64,000 bases of DNA from Lepidodermella squamata (Eukaryota > Animalia > Gastrotricha): positions 3,844,001 to 3,908,000 of the forward strand of contig JBLDXI010000001.1 in the NCBI GenBank assembly GCA_047495785.1, written 5' to 3'. The notes under the pieces are model-generated. The model was not told the origin of the DNA. It did no database searches and was given only the letters and a program-made list of their open reading frames with translations. Every line of letters begins with the position of its first letter. Position 1 is the first letter of the stretch. The position numbers and the translations under genes are program-made. Positions 36,198 to 47,800 of the stretch are shown one piece after another.

Positions 36198-38516
36198 ATG
36201 AAGATTGGTACCATTTTGCCCATGCTTTATTTCATACATCTCACAACAGCTCAGAAGAACACTAGTAATTTGCTGATTCTAACCCAGCTGCCTTCGTTTA
36301 TTGAACGATGCCGTTTCGCGGTAAATCTTGTCGGAGAAATCGTCAATGAGCGCAATTTACTCCCCGGCTACCGCGTCGAATTCTTGCACAAAGACGAGCA
36401 ACTTTACAGTGCCAACGCCGCAGTAGAAGGTGTTAAATTCATCGATCAAACCATGCCGTCAAGCAATACGTACAAATCTCCGATAACCGTTGGCACGCTA
36501 TCTACCCAGGGGTGTAAAGCATGGGGCTCGATTGCGAATTACTTCAACATGGTTATGATAGGCGGGTCGTGTGTTGCCCCCAGCTTAACAGCCAGGCGCG
36601 ATCTTTACCCGAATATGTACAGAGTTCGGGGTCCGGCAGAGCTCGGCCTCGTCACTCGTCTTCATTTCATAAAAAAATTCACTCCCTGGAAAAAGCTGGC
36701 ACTAATCGTTGAGTCAGGCAATGTATTTGCGATTCAAACTGGAATTTTCTTTCATGATATCGCGATAGCTAACGGGATTAAAGTCCAGCCTTTCGAGGCG
36801 TACCTTAATCTCAGCGACGAGATGATGCAACATCTGAAGAAACAGGATGTCAGAATATTCGCATTTGAGCATCCAGACCCAGCAGTGTCGCAACAGTTTC
36901 TATGCCAGGCGTTCAAAAACGGAATAACGGGGCGTCGTTTCATGTTCTTTATTCCCGCTGCTGCTTTTCTTGAGCCATCACCCGGTCAGACCTATCCAAG
37001 TGGTTGTTCAAGGGAAAATTACGTCGAGCAATTGAACTCGGTACTTGTCGTTGGACCTGTCGATGCTGCATCTAGCTTTTCATCCCGAGTTGATGAATTG
37101 GGTAACACACAAGCTACATTTGAGAGAATTATCTCTGAAAAAGCTCAAAACTTGTCAAGAGTTTCAGAATCTTATCGCGGAAGTTGCTACGACGCAGCTC
37201 TTCAAGCAATTGTCGTTCTCAATGAAACCGAGAAAAAGCTTTCGACACTCAACATGAGCCTGAAGGATTACCAAAAATACCCTGAACTTGTAATGAAGAT
37301 TGCGAACCAAACGACGAGTTCAATACAGTTCAAAAGTTTGAGATTCGGCAATTTTCATTACTCGAGCCGTTTAGAGTGGGACTACGAGCCTCAGGCTGTA
37401 ATGAAATGGCAACAGGGAAACGGCCTAACTGTTCGATATGTCGGAGTTTTAATGGCGAATGCAACGAGTTTCAATGCGTCTAATATTATTACGTTCACAA
37501 CGATTCGCGCTATCGATACGAGCTCGTTACCTCGCGATTCACCGGCAATTGTTGCCATGGTTACGGGAGTGCCATTCTCCATTTACGTCATTCTAACCAT
37601 TGCCGCAATCAGCTTGTTCCTTTTCCAAGCTATTTTCATGGCGAAGAAGCATATCGTCGATAAGGAGAGACGAAAAGTTGCGGTGAGCAATTTGCATTCG
37701 CTTATAAGCTACTTTTTTCTCTCTTCGTCCGTTCCATTGATTTCTATGCCCTTCGATTTTCGTTCGAACACGGTTTGTAATGTAGCGATTGTAGTAATCG
37801 CTTTTGGTGTATCGTTCTTTACAATTGGAATGGTGATTCGGGTCATCAATTATCACTTCGCACTACGACGCCATTATGCCAATGGACTCAGGCAAAAGTT
37901 TGGGGTTGATGGTATGCATTCAACCATGACGACGACTTTCTCTAATGGATCAGCCAAGCCCGAAAAGCTTCATCAAGTTGACTTCGAAATCAGTGGAAAA
38001 CTACTAGCTTCATCTACGTTCACCTACACAGCTGTTGTCATTGCAATAGTCTTGGCTTGGTTATTTGCGGATCCAGTATCTGCGGAGTTAGTTTCAGATC
38101 CAATTGCTCTCTATGATGAAGTTGCAGATGCTTACACAATAACGCAACGGAAAATATGCAAATCAAAAAAGGCATCTACTTGGGTGGGATCTCTTGTCAT
38201 TCTGAACTTCGCCCTGGTTCTACTCGGCCTGATTTTTGTGCTGAAATTGCAAGCCATGGCGCGGTATTCGAAAAAGTATCCATATGTTAAATTGGTTAAT
38301 TTTTCTATGGGAATTACAGCATCATTGTTCTGTGCATCTGCTGCCATTGGTTACATAATGGCACCTAGTTTCCAATTTGACATAATTTTATCTGTATTCC
38401 TACTTGCCACATCGGCATCCCACATCTTATTACTTCGAATGCGTTATATCGTAAATAGGGTTAGATCACCGCCATGCCCCCAATCAAGAATCGGAAGCAG
38501 GTTTCAGCACATTTGA
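36198..38516 (+). CDS. Intronless class C GPCR, GABA-B-receptor-like (Venus-flytrap domain plus 7TM)
   Basis: Signal peptide; AVNLV..IVN..NLLPGYRVE, LT.RRDLYPNMYR, WKKLALIV, VRIF, CQAFKNGITG..F.F, YDA, PRD before TM1; hydrophobic helices incl. LAWLFADP...C. Confidence 0.8.
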   Translation: MKIGTILPMLYFIHLTTAQKNTSNLLILTQLPSFIERCRFAVNLVGEIVNERNLLPGYRVEFLHKDEQLYSANAAVEGVKFIDQTMPSSNTYKSPITVGTLSTQGCKAWGSIANYFNMVMIGGSCVAPSLTARRDLYPNMYRVRGPAELGLVTRLHFIKKFTPWKKLALIVESGNVFAIQTGIFFHDIAIANGIKVQPFEAYLNLSDEMMQHLKKQDVRIFAFEHPDPAVSQQFLCQAFKNGITGRRFMFFIPAAAFLEPSPGQTYPSGCSRENYVEQLNSVLVVGPVDAASSFSSRVDELGNTQATFERIISEKAQNLSRVSESYRGSCYDAALQAIVVLNETEKKLSTLNMSLKDYQKYPELVMKIANQTTSSIQFKSLRFGNFHYSSRLEWDYEPQAVMKWQQGNGLTVRYVGVLMANATSFNASNIITFTTIRAIDTSSLPRDSPAIVAMVTGVPFSIYVILTIAAISLFLFQAIFMAKKHIVDKERRKVAVSNLHSLISYFFLSSSVPLISMPFDFRSNTVCNVAIVVIAFGVSFFTIGMVIRVINYHFALRRHYANGLRQKFGVDGMHSTMTTTFSNGSAKPEKLHQVDFEISGKLLASSTFTYTAVVIAIVLAWLFADPVSAELVSDPIALYDEVADAYTITQRKICKSKKASTWVGSLVILNFALVLLGLIFVLKLQAMARYSKKYPYVKLVNFSMGITASLFCASAAIGYIMAPSFQFDIILSVFLLATSASHILLLRMRYIVNRVRSPPCPQSRIGSRFQHI

Positions 38517-38908
38517 GTTTTATTATCTGTATAAGATACTTCTTGTCCAAATCGAGCATAATATGTTGATTAAAGGCTGAACGGTTTCAATGATCTTATT
38601 CAATTTCTCGATCATGTTAAATTTACATTTTCTCTGTGTGAGAGTCGCAGAAATAAATATCATTAAAAAGTGAATGGAAAATCCTCAGAATTTCACGATT
38701 TGTGAAACAAATGAAAACTCACGCGCACAAGTACGCTTTTCTTAAATGCGGAGTTGTTTCGCCTACTGCTTCGTAAAGTTGGAAACATGCGCCATCTTTG
38801 CAGATTTGGTATTTAAGGCGCACGATTTGCTTCGATTCATTCATCACTTGCTCATTTGAAATTTGCATTTCAAGCTTATTCGCTTTCTCTCCTTTCGCTT
38901 ACAAACAG

Positions 38909-39520
38909 ACAAGAAAACTATCGGCGATACGCCGTTTTGGAAAGCTGCTGGTTGCAACCATTTGAACGTTGTTAAATTTCTGTACGAAAAATACCCGGAC
39001 GCGATTGGAATGCCGAATAATAACGGCGATTTACCGCTGGCTATCGCTGCGGCTAATGGCCATCTTGAAATGGTTGAATTCTTGCTGGAAAAATCGCCGA
39101 ATGCAGCTGAAAATCAGAACAAAAATGGCGCTACTGCCCTGTGGCTTGCGGCTGCAAATGGCCATTTGAATGTACTGAAATTGCTGTTTGAAAGTTATAA
39201 AAGAGCGGTGAAATTATCGGATAACAATGGCGTGACGCCTTCAGATATCGCCAAGCAAAATGGATTTGATGAAGTTATCAATTTTCTGAAAAGCTGCTAA
39301 AGATACCTCCCGAAAAAGACGATCTCAATGCGTTAAGTTTGGTAGATTAAACCTTCTTAGTTATACTGAATCAAATAAAAATTACTGAGTAGTAAAGCTG
39401 TCACTTTATTTGTCATTTCAAATCTCTCATGAGATGTTGGAGTGGAGGATTCATTAGTTGTAGTTGAGAGAGCTGAATTCGCTTTCAATCGGGACCAAAC
39501 TTCGGCCTTCCCTCATTTAC
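38909..39520 (+). other. Near-identical duplicate of the 3' part and 3' flank of the ankyrin gene (coding to 39300): partial pseudogene or alternative last exon
   Basis: Matches 35111-~35715; only about 5 substitutions across the coding part; no own ATG; preceded by a polypyrimidine tract and CAG at 38908. Confidence 0.8.
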
Positions 39521-39969
39521 AAAACATTACAAAATCTACTTTATTGCTATCGAGCACAATAGGTAAGGAGTTTTACCGTTGCTGATTGCTGAGATATCGC
39601 GTTAACAATTATATAACTATCGAATCGGCCTTCTGCTTAACTTTTACCCATTGTTCCGACAAGGGTTAAAGGATTTCCATTAGCCATTGCAGGAAGAATT
39701 GTTGAAAAGGACACATGGATGAATAAATCAATAAATCGAGACTTGCTAACGTTTTGGTGGAAATTATTGTATGTTGTGAATAGCCCACGTGATCTTAAAA
39801 GTCAGGCATTTGATGAATAAATAAAGAGTCTGAGCCTGACATTGGAAAAAGACAAAGTTGCGAGTAGGGCAAGTTCGTAGTCACTCGAATGAAAAATTTT
39901 GCTCCAGATAGACATCGATTGACAGCGACTTCTAACGCCCATCTCCTTCCATTGCTTTCATGATAAAAA

Positions 39970-42900
39970 ATGTATCGAGGAAGTTTTGTCATTTTCGCAT
40001 TTCTCTCTGCGTCTTTGCTGGAGACAGCAGAAAGCCAGAGTTTGCTGTCGTGTGGTATCTTAGTGCCTCAGATGTCCCTGATAAATCACGCTAGTGATCG
40101 TTCAGCCTATTGGGACTTCCTGGCAATGGCGAACCTCAACGCCACAGGCCAGCCAGCGAATGCGACCAGACTGACTTCGGAGGGCAACCTGATGCGGGAA
40201 ACAGGCTTATGGAACAAGCAGGTATTATGAACATGCAGTGTAATTGAATAAGTCTAAAATGACTGATCTCTAGCTGTTTAATCTCGATAACTTTTACATC
40301 GAAATATTGGCGTATGTCAGCGATCTGGATGGCCTGCCAGGCGATGGTATCCGCGTTGTCATCGCTAACAACGCTTCGATGAAACGACCGCCAACTTCAA
40401 CTGGTTTCATTTTTCGGGAATAAATTTATCTATAATAATATATTTTTTGACGATAGCCTCCAGTTATGCAATTGATAATGTACTTCACGCCGGATTGAGC
40501 GTTAAGTTTTCCGCTTATGGCCCTTTGGTTGAGGCGAGAGTTACGCAAACACCTGGAGGAGCGGCACTCCAAGTTGCTTATGCGAGCCCCCTGTCGCGTT
40601 CACCGTGGCTAATCAACAGCTTTGTCATCTATCAGATTCGTGTTCTCAACGGCACTCAAGTTTCCGTAAGTCAATTTTATCACCTTTTAACCTTGGGTTT
40701 TAAACCTTGGCATATCGGACTTGGCATATTCGGCTTATATTCTGCGGGAATCGTTCTTTGCTTTTAAATGTCCCTGATTGAAAGGTCTCAGGGTAATTGA
40801 ATGACCGGAATCCGGAATCATATATTATTTAGTTATTTGGTTTTGAAAATTGGAAGCTATGGTCGAATTTGATTGAATCAAATGGATAACAAATCGCTCT
40901 TTTGTAACTGCAGTTAGCAATGTGCCTGCTTAACGGCACGTGCATCGGGCCTTATTCGAACTTTGCTTCTCCGGTGAACATCGCCAGCTCTTTCACGGGC
41001 CAGAACATGCTTTTCGGTATCGGCGGGCGGAGTGGCAGCTTTTCGGATACGCTTGACCTGTACTACGTTGCTATGTACGACTGCACGCCAACAACGTCGA
41101 CTGCTAGCACTACTACAACTACGACGACCTCGACAAGCACAACTTCAACACCGTCATCTACGACGTCGACGACCCCTACTACTAGTACTTCAACCACTAC
41201 CACGTCTACTTCTCCAAGTACTACTACGAGTACTTCAACCACTACCACGTCTACTTCTCCAAGAACTACTACGACCACCCCGACTACTTCAACTACAGCA
41301 ACAACCCTTAGCGCAACTTCAACACCTTCGACATCGACTAGATCTGAGACCCCAGCTCCAAGTACTTCAAGCACTACAACATCCACCTCTCCGAGCAGTT
41401 CGTCAACTAGCTCGATTGCAACAACAACTACTAGGACTTCTTCTACTCAATCAACTCAAACTCCAAGCACAATTGCACCAACTTTGAGCTCGACTACCCC
41501 TTCATCTACTTCAACAACTACAATTTCGACCACTGCTGCATCGCCATCCACATCATTGAGCCCTACGACAACAAAACCACCAGCTACTTCTAACGCACCG
41601 TGGACAATACCTACGACTAAAATTTCAACTGTAAGGGAAAAATTTAGTTTCAAAATGCATCGAATACTAAACTACTTTCTCAGAGCATGTCAACATCGTC
41701 AGTTCAACCCACAGTAAGAGTTGAATGATACTTTTCACTGCTAACCATCAATTTTGCCCCCATTTACAGACAACGCCCCCTGGGATTTCATCAGCGTCAA
41801 CGTCCCCTTCAGAAGTAAGACACCCCTCGGTTCGTTTATTATTTAAGTTGTTTTAAAATCGCAGGCATCTATCGCCTCCACGTCTGTGCCACTTGCAAAC
41901 AAAGCAGACTGCGTGATTGTTTCATCTAATGGCAGCCCAGGTTTTGAGTCCATTAGCTCTAACAATTGAATATTTAATCCATTTTCTGTAGACGCAGGCG
42001 CTGCGTTGGCGGTTATCGCTAAGCTGCAAAATGCAAGTTCACAGAGCAACCGACTATTATCGAAAATTGCTGACCTACCTCTCGCGAGCTTTTCGATCGA
42101 AGATGCCACCGAGACATGCCCTGACCTCGTATTTTCTTTGAGTGGGTCCATGTCCATAATTCCAACTTTTGTGATCGATAAAATCAACGAAATTGATGAG
42201 AGAAATCAGAAAATCACTGTAACTGGGACTCTGACGCTGAATTGGGAGGTTGAGACTTGCCCAGCTGACCCCGATGACTCACTCGATCTGCAAAAACTCG
42301 AAATCACTGATTCAACAAAGATATGGACGCCTGAGGTCAAACTCGCAAACTCAGCTTTGGACTGGTTAGAAAAGTCGCTTCAGAATACCATTCTCGCGAC
42401 AACTCAGGTTGAAGACGGGTCAGAATTTCGAAAAATCGACTTATACCTGTTGAAATCCGGAATGATATCCGCGCATTGTGAATTCGATTTTTACAACTAC
42501 CCATTCGACCAACAGACCTGCGTTATCGGATTCTCACTGACCAAATCTTCTAACATATTCACTGAGCCTGTTTTTGAAATTTCAAATTCTGATTGGGGAA
42601 GAGGATGGGTTCGCAAGGGTCAAATGGCTGTTTTGACGACTTTGAACTACAACGGACTTCAAAGTAGCGCGGTTTTCTACAGTTTGACTTTCAAACGAGC
42701 CGCCGTTGCAGAATGGGCGGCTTTGATAGCTCCTCTCGGGGTTTTAGCCTTATCCCTGGCTGCTTCGTACTTCTTGCCACCAATTATGCCGCAGAGACCG
42801 GTGATTTCTGTGCTTGTTCTGTTTTCTATGAGTTCAGCTGATTTCAGCATAACGAACAGAATGCCTAAGACTTCGGGATCTTGCTATCTAGTGCAGACTG

Positions 42901-43094
42901 CTAATGGCATGGTCTGGATTTGCGGGGCTACGCTTTTGTTGCAACTAGTGGCTTGTTGTCACGAACATCTTTCGGTCAGATTTTTCACAAAGACAACGGC
43001 CAAAGTCGGGGTAATTCGGATTTTGGACATGATTGGAGCAGGCTTGGTCATTGTTTCTTCATCCATTCTCTTGACATACCAATTGTTTCTTTGA
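39970..43094 (+). CDS. 853-aa fusion: signal peptide + L-type-lectin-like domain + Thr/Ser mucin stalk + Cys-loop ligand-gated ion channel; exons 39970-40221, 40274-40403, 40457-40665, 40914-41630, 41684-41713, 41770-41814, 41865-41940, 41992-43094
   Basis: Seven GT-AG introns with matching phases give one 2562-nt open frame; lectin-like RLT, GLW.KQ.F, GDGIRVV, GLSVKF..Y, FGIGGRSG..SD..DL; channel INEIDERNQ, IWTPEV.LANS, Cys-loop CEFDFYNYPFDQQTC, four TM helices. Confidence 0.8.
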
Positions 43095-43219
43095 AGACGG
43101 CGCCGCAAACAGGAAAACATGCATATATTGATATGCTTGCAAATCACAAAATACTGAACCTCGCAAATTATTATCGCACAGCGGCAAAGAATTGCATAAA
43201 CCATAAACAGACATAATAA

Positions 43220-43959
43220 AGTACGGATGATAATTTTTTTTGCCTCGAATTGTTTCAATAACTCCGTAACCATGAGGAATTTTTTGATGCGGGTTTCACC
43301 AGTCGATAGATCTAGTCTGTTGTAAACTTTCCTGAAATCCTCGTTAGATTAGGATAAAATTTGAGAAATTGGTGACAAAAATGCAAGATGTTATTTTTGG
43401 TGAAAAATTTCATTTTTGAAAAATGCTATTTTGCATCCGATGTGAATTGTGGCAATAATTTTCTTGTCAGAGGGTTCAGATTCAGTCCAGAGGTGGTGCA
43501 CTATTCATCCATGTCGCCGATTTTCAGAAAAATCAGCAATTGCACAGCCCGAAACTTGCAGCTTTGCAAATTTCGTGCAGTTCCCCAAAAATGTCAAAAC
43601 CCATTGGGATCCCATTTCGTTAAACGTTTCTGTCCGGTCCAAAGTGAAAATCTCGGTAAACGGGGCGGTATTGGCATCATTCCTTGCTAAGAATATGGTC
43701 CAATTTGGCTTTACTACAGGAAAATGGCAAAAAACCGCTAAAAACTGGAAAATAGCATTTTCAAAAATGAAATTTTTCACCAAAAATCACAAGAAGCATT
43801 TTTGTCACCAATTTCTCAAATGTTATCCCAATCTTACGAAGATTTCAGGAAAGTTTACAACAGACTAGATCTATCGACTGGCGAAAACCGCATCAAAAAA
43901 TTCCTCATGGTTACGGAGTTATTGAAACAATTCGAGGCAAAAAAATTATCATCCGTACT
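43220..43959. mobile_element. MITE with ~210-bp TIRs, AG...CT termini and ATAA/TTAA flanks (Kolobok-like)
   Basis: agtacggatgataattttt... is reverse-complemented at ...aaaattatcatccgtact. Confidence 0.85.
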
Positions 43960-44327
43960 TTAATTCGATTAAAAATGTATACATCATCTCATACCGTCTC
44001 ATAGGTATGTTTCGAAGATGGCAGTCGCCAGAACCTCATTATGTCAATCATCAAGTTGATGAAGAGTCACGTGGTCAACTGGAATCAAGGATTCAATCAT
44101 CGATGCTGCGTTTCATTGTTACTTTATTGAATTTTGCGCCTTACATACCGTACTATCCCTGCGTAACATGTGTTACCCTGAAGGTAGTTGAATTTCAGAG
44201 TGCCGTCGCAGTAGAATATTCTTTATACAATCACACAACTGTAATTTCAAGATTAAACAATGAATAACCGTATAGGGAGGGAATTAAACGGAAGCAAATA
44301 AGATCGAGGAATTCATTTCAATCTTGT

Positions 44328-44899
44328 TCATAGGTCGCATCTGGAGGCCACAGCAAGGCTGACCGCAATAAACAGCCACAAAAAGTTGCTACCGCTGATC
44401 GCAGCTGCTCCGCCGAGGCATGCAGCATCCAAAGAGTTGCACTTGTCAGTGCAGCAGTAACATCTAACAATCGTTCCCTTGTCTGAGTCAAATGTTTTTT
44501 TCTGCACGGTAGTCGTCGACACCATATCAAAAGCACAACCGTATGATGAATCTATCGGTTCTTTGAGGCATTGAAACATTGAATACCACCCACTCTTTTC
44601 AGTCGTTACTTTTCCAATCTAGCTTGATGTACTAAATGATACTTGAAGCTTATTAACGGAACAACTGAACTTACGACACATTGGACGCATCCTTTCTCTG
44701 TAGTTGTAGCGACATTCGACATTCGCGTGCCCGTTGAATCGACCATATTGTATTGGTCATACTTGGCGCCGTTATAGCATTCAAGTGACTTCGGGGCTTC
44801 TGTACCATCATTGGTTGCCGTGCCATTGCTACCCAACCTGGCGGAGACGGAACTGAGGAGCGAAACACAAGCTAGCGAGACCAGCAGCTTTCTGCTCAT
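44328..44899 (-). CDS. GPI-anchored Ly6/uPAR three-finger-like protein, 171 aa; exons 44899-44675, 44618-44328
   Basis: Signal peptide, LECY..., CVQC, CYCCTDKCN signature, hydrophobic C-terminal GPI signal; 56-nt phase-0 intron. Confidence 0.8.
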
Positions 44900-47800
44900 G
44901 GCCCTTGCCTTTCAACGCAAAGGTGATGTAAATTTCAAGACAGATTGCTATTTTTATAAAATTGCTTCTGTCATAGACAAGGGTAGTGGTCAATACCATA
45001 GAATACCATTGTCGCCATGAAGTTCTATTTAGTGCTCCACGGAGTGCCAATAGGTATTGATTGGTATCGACTCACTCGCTTTTTATTCATGTGTTGGTTA
45101 CGACTCAATCACTTCGGTGTCTCTCCTAAACAAAGAATGAGATGTGTTCGTTTTTGCATATTTATAGAGCGCTGTCTCTCGGGTAAGACGAGCGCCTTCA
45201 TTAAAGCTTCATCGCAGGTGGTATAGCATACAGGTACCCATCGCCATATATGTTCTACTGCCTTAGAAACTGATCGGCACTGAAATAAATCATTCGAATG
45301 CGTGTAATATTTGCCCCACTAATGAAAATAAGGTCCCATCACTGAAATTAAGCGTCCTGACACTACATTTCTAATACATATAAGTGATGGCGATTTCGAC
45401 CTTTTCGTTTCTTGATCGATACTGATGCCCTTCCTCAACATGGAAATTGTTATTAAGGTACAGGGTGCCCTCAGCTATCGAAAAAATTGTCGAAGTTGGG
45501 CTCCAAGACGGTTGATATCGCTAAAATCACTGATTTGTAAAATCGATACTCGGAATCGATATCGGCCCTGTAGGCTGAAGTATAACCCGTGAAGTAACCA
45601 CTCACATCGCAAAATATGCGCAATATGGAGATCTATCGGTTAGGCCGGTCGGTTGCCGGTTGAAAAACTAAGATCAACTTCAGGTGAAACTTGAAGAAAA
45701 CAAAAGATATTTGGGGAAAATCTAGAGCTTGAGTCTCAACTTTATAGTGCTAGAATTTAGTGATTTTTGATACCTGGAAGAATGAATGTTGTAAAGCACG
45801 TGATATTGTTGACTCGAAGCACAGTACAAGCAACCAATCATCTAAATACCTCATTTTTTGTCCTTTTTCAGTTTTCAGACAAGAGATGAGAACGAACGCA
45901 GCAGACAGGAGAGAAGCGGTTTAAAACGATCAGCAATTGTCTTCATAAGTTTCGCGGTCTTCTTTGTAATATTCGGCTTAAAGCCTCCGCGCCCAATTCA
46001 TTCATGCGATGACTCATAAATCATCAACAAAATTTATTCGATCTTTTTGAAAATTATCATTATTCTGAAAACATCACGGAACCGCCTCACAGACGTCGCC
46101 GAAATATGGTCGAAAATTAGCTTCATTTTTAACGAGACATCAATAATTTTTATGATAAACACGGGCGCTAAAAATTAGCCGCGTCATGTGATGTAGCCCT
46201 TTATTCAGCATGGATTGAAATTGTCATGAAGCGCTAGTTCAAATTACAAAAAATTTGTTTTTTTCCCATTTTTTTATCTGATTGCGTAATCATGTATAAA
46301 AAACAGGACATAACCCAGGTGATTTTTGTTTTTTTCCGATTTATTAGATTATTAGAACAGGAAATTTATTCTATATAGTAAGTATATAGATGCCACGCCG
46401 GTATAATTCTCCCTCACTATATAATAAACAAATTCACTAACAATACCTAAGACTTTCATACAATTAAAATTACTCCGCACGAGTTCGATTCGCGCATGTA
46501 TTATTGAGCGGCTGATCGAATTACTTATACCCCGTGAAAGTTATCACAACTCACCCGCGGCGTGTTCACGAAAAAAAAGAAGATCACACGCTCATTATAC
46601 AGCGCGTTATTATTAGAAGCTATACCTCATCATCTTCGCCTCATCATCTCCTGTTGTTTACCAACGCCTTCAGCTAGGGCCATGCTGTTCAGTTAATTTT
46701 CCTGTTACTATAGCATAATAATTCGTTGTTTTCTCACCCTGTTCGATTTAATCTTGATTAAATGTATAGCCTGGTCAATTTTTAAACAGCAGCTGTTATT
46801 TGTGGGCGGATTTTTCGAGAAATTTTTGTAACTCACCGCAGACATTTTATCACACGCCTGGCAATATATTGCTGATATAAAAGTTGAGTACACACAATTT
46901 TCTAGATTTCTTCCCATTTTACCTTGAGTTTTCGGTCAGCAAAAAAATTAGGAATTTTTCTTAATTTTTCTAAAAAATGTTCCGTCACGTTTTAATATTT
47001 TAGGATGCATATGTTTGAAAACAAAAATATTTGTCACGCTCTAAATGTGTGAAAAAATGCATAAAATTCACGTGACTTGATCGGCCTGGGAGATCACAGC
47101 CGATTTTAATTCGATCCGCTGGTAAAAAAGTCAATTATTCCCGCAAACTCCATTTCGCTTTAATCGCCTAAACGTCCCCGGGGTTTTTACAAAATGAAAT
47201 TACTATGCGAGTTAGTAATTCTAAGGCTTTCCTGTATACCGCGAACCTACGAGTATTACGTATAGCGAGAAATACACTTTTCCCACGTAAATATATATAA
47301 GGAAATTTCTATTAATGAACTTTCGAAAATGAGTTGTGGCGTCATGTAAAGGAAAACTTATACACAACATTAATTTATAGCCTTATTGCAGGACAATCGC
47401 CTGTTTTTTGCGGCTTTCCCGCGCTTCATCATCGTTGTAGGCACTCTTCGCCCTCTTAAAATCAACCCACCTGTCATAACTGTTTGTTGACAGTAAATCA
47501 TTTATCATTCATTTATACAATGTTTACGCCGTATTTTGAAGCAATATTATAATAAATTCAGCTTTCAGCCTATTGGCAAGAATCTTTTTTACAAAAAAAT
47601 ACTTTCGCGTCGAAACTTCTTGGTCTTTGAATATAGAAATCAATCGATTATCATTTTCTGAGTATTTCTTCAATTTTCGACGCAAGGCATTTTCGTTTTC
47701 GTGAGTTAAAAAGTGTTAAATTTAACTAATTTTATGCAAATTACACACCTGCGGTTGACGCCTAGGTCATTTCAATGGGACTTTCCTGTGCACTAGCGCC

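Noticed and set aside
41032-41653. Arg/Leu/Gln-rich and poly-Val ORFs
   Set aside because: Alternative frames and antisense of the Thr/Ser mucin exon
43388-43868. Overlapping ORFs of 92-139 aa
   Set aside because: Lie within a MITE; mirror-image peptides arise from the TIRs
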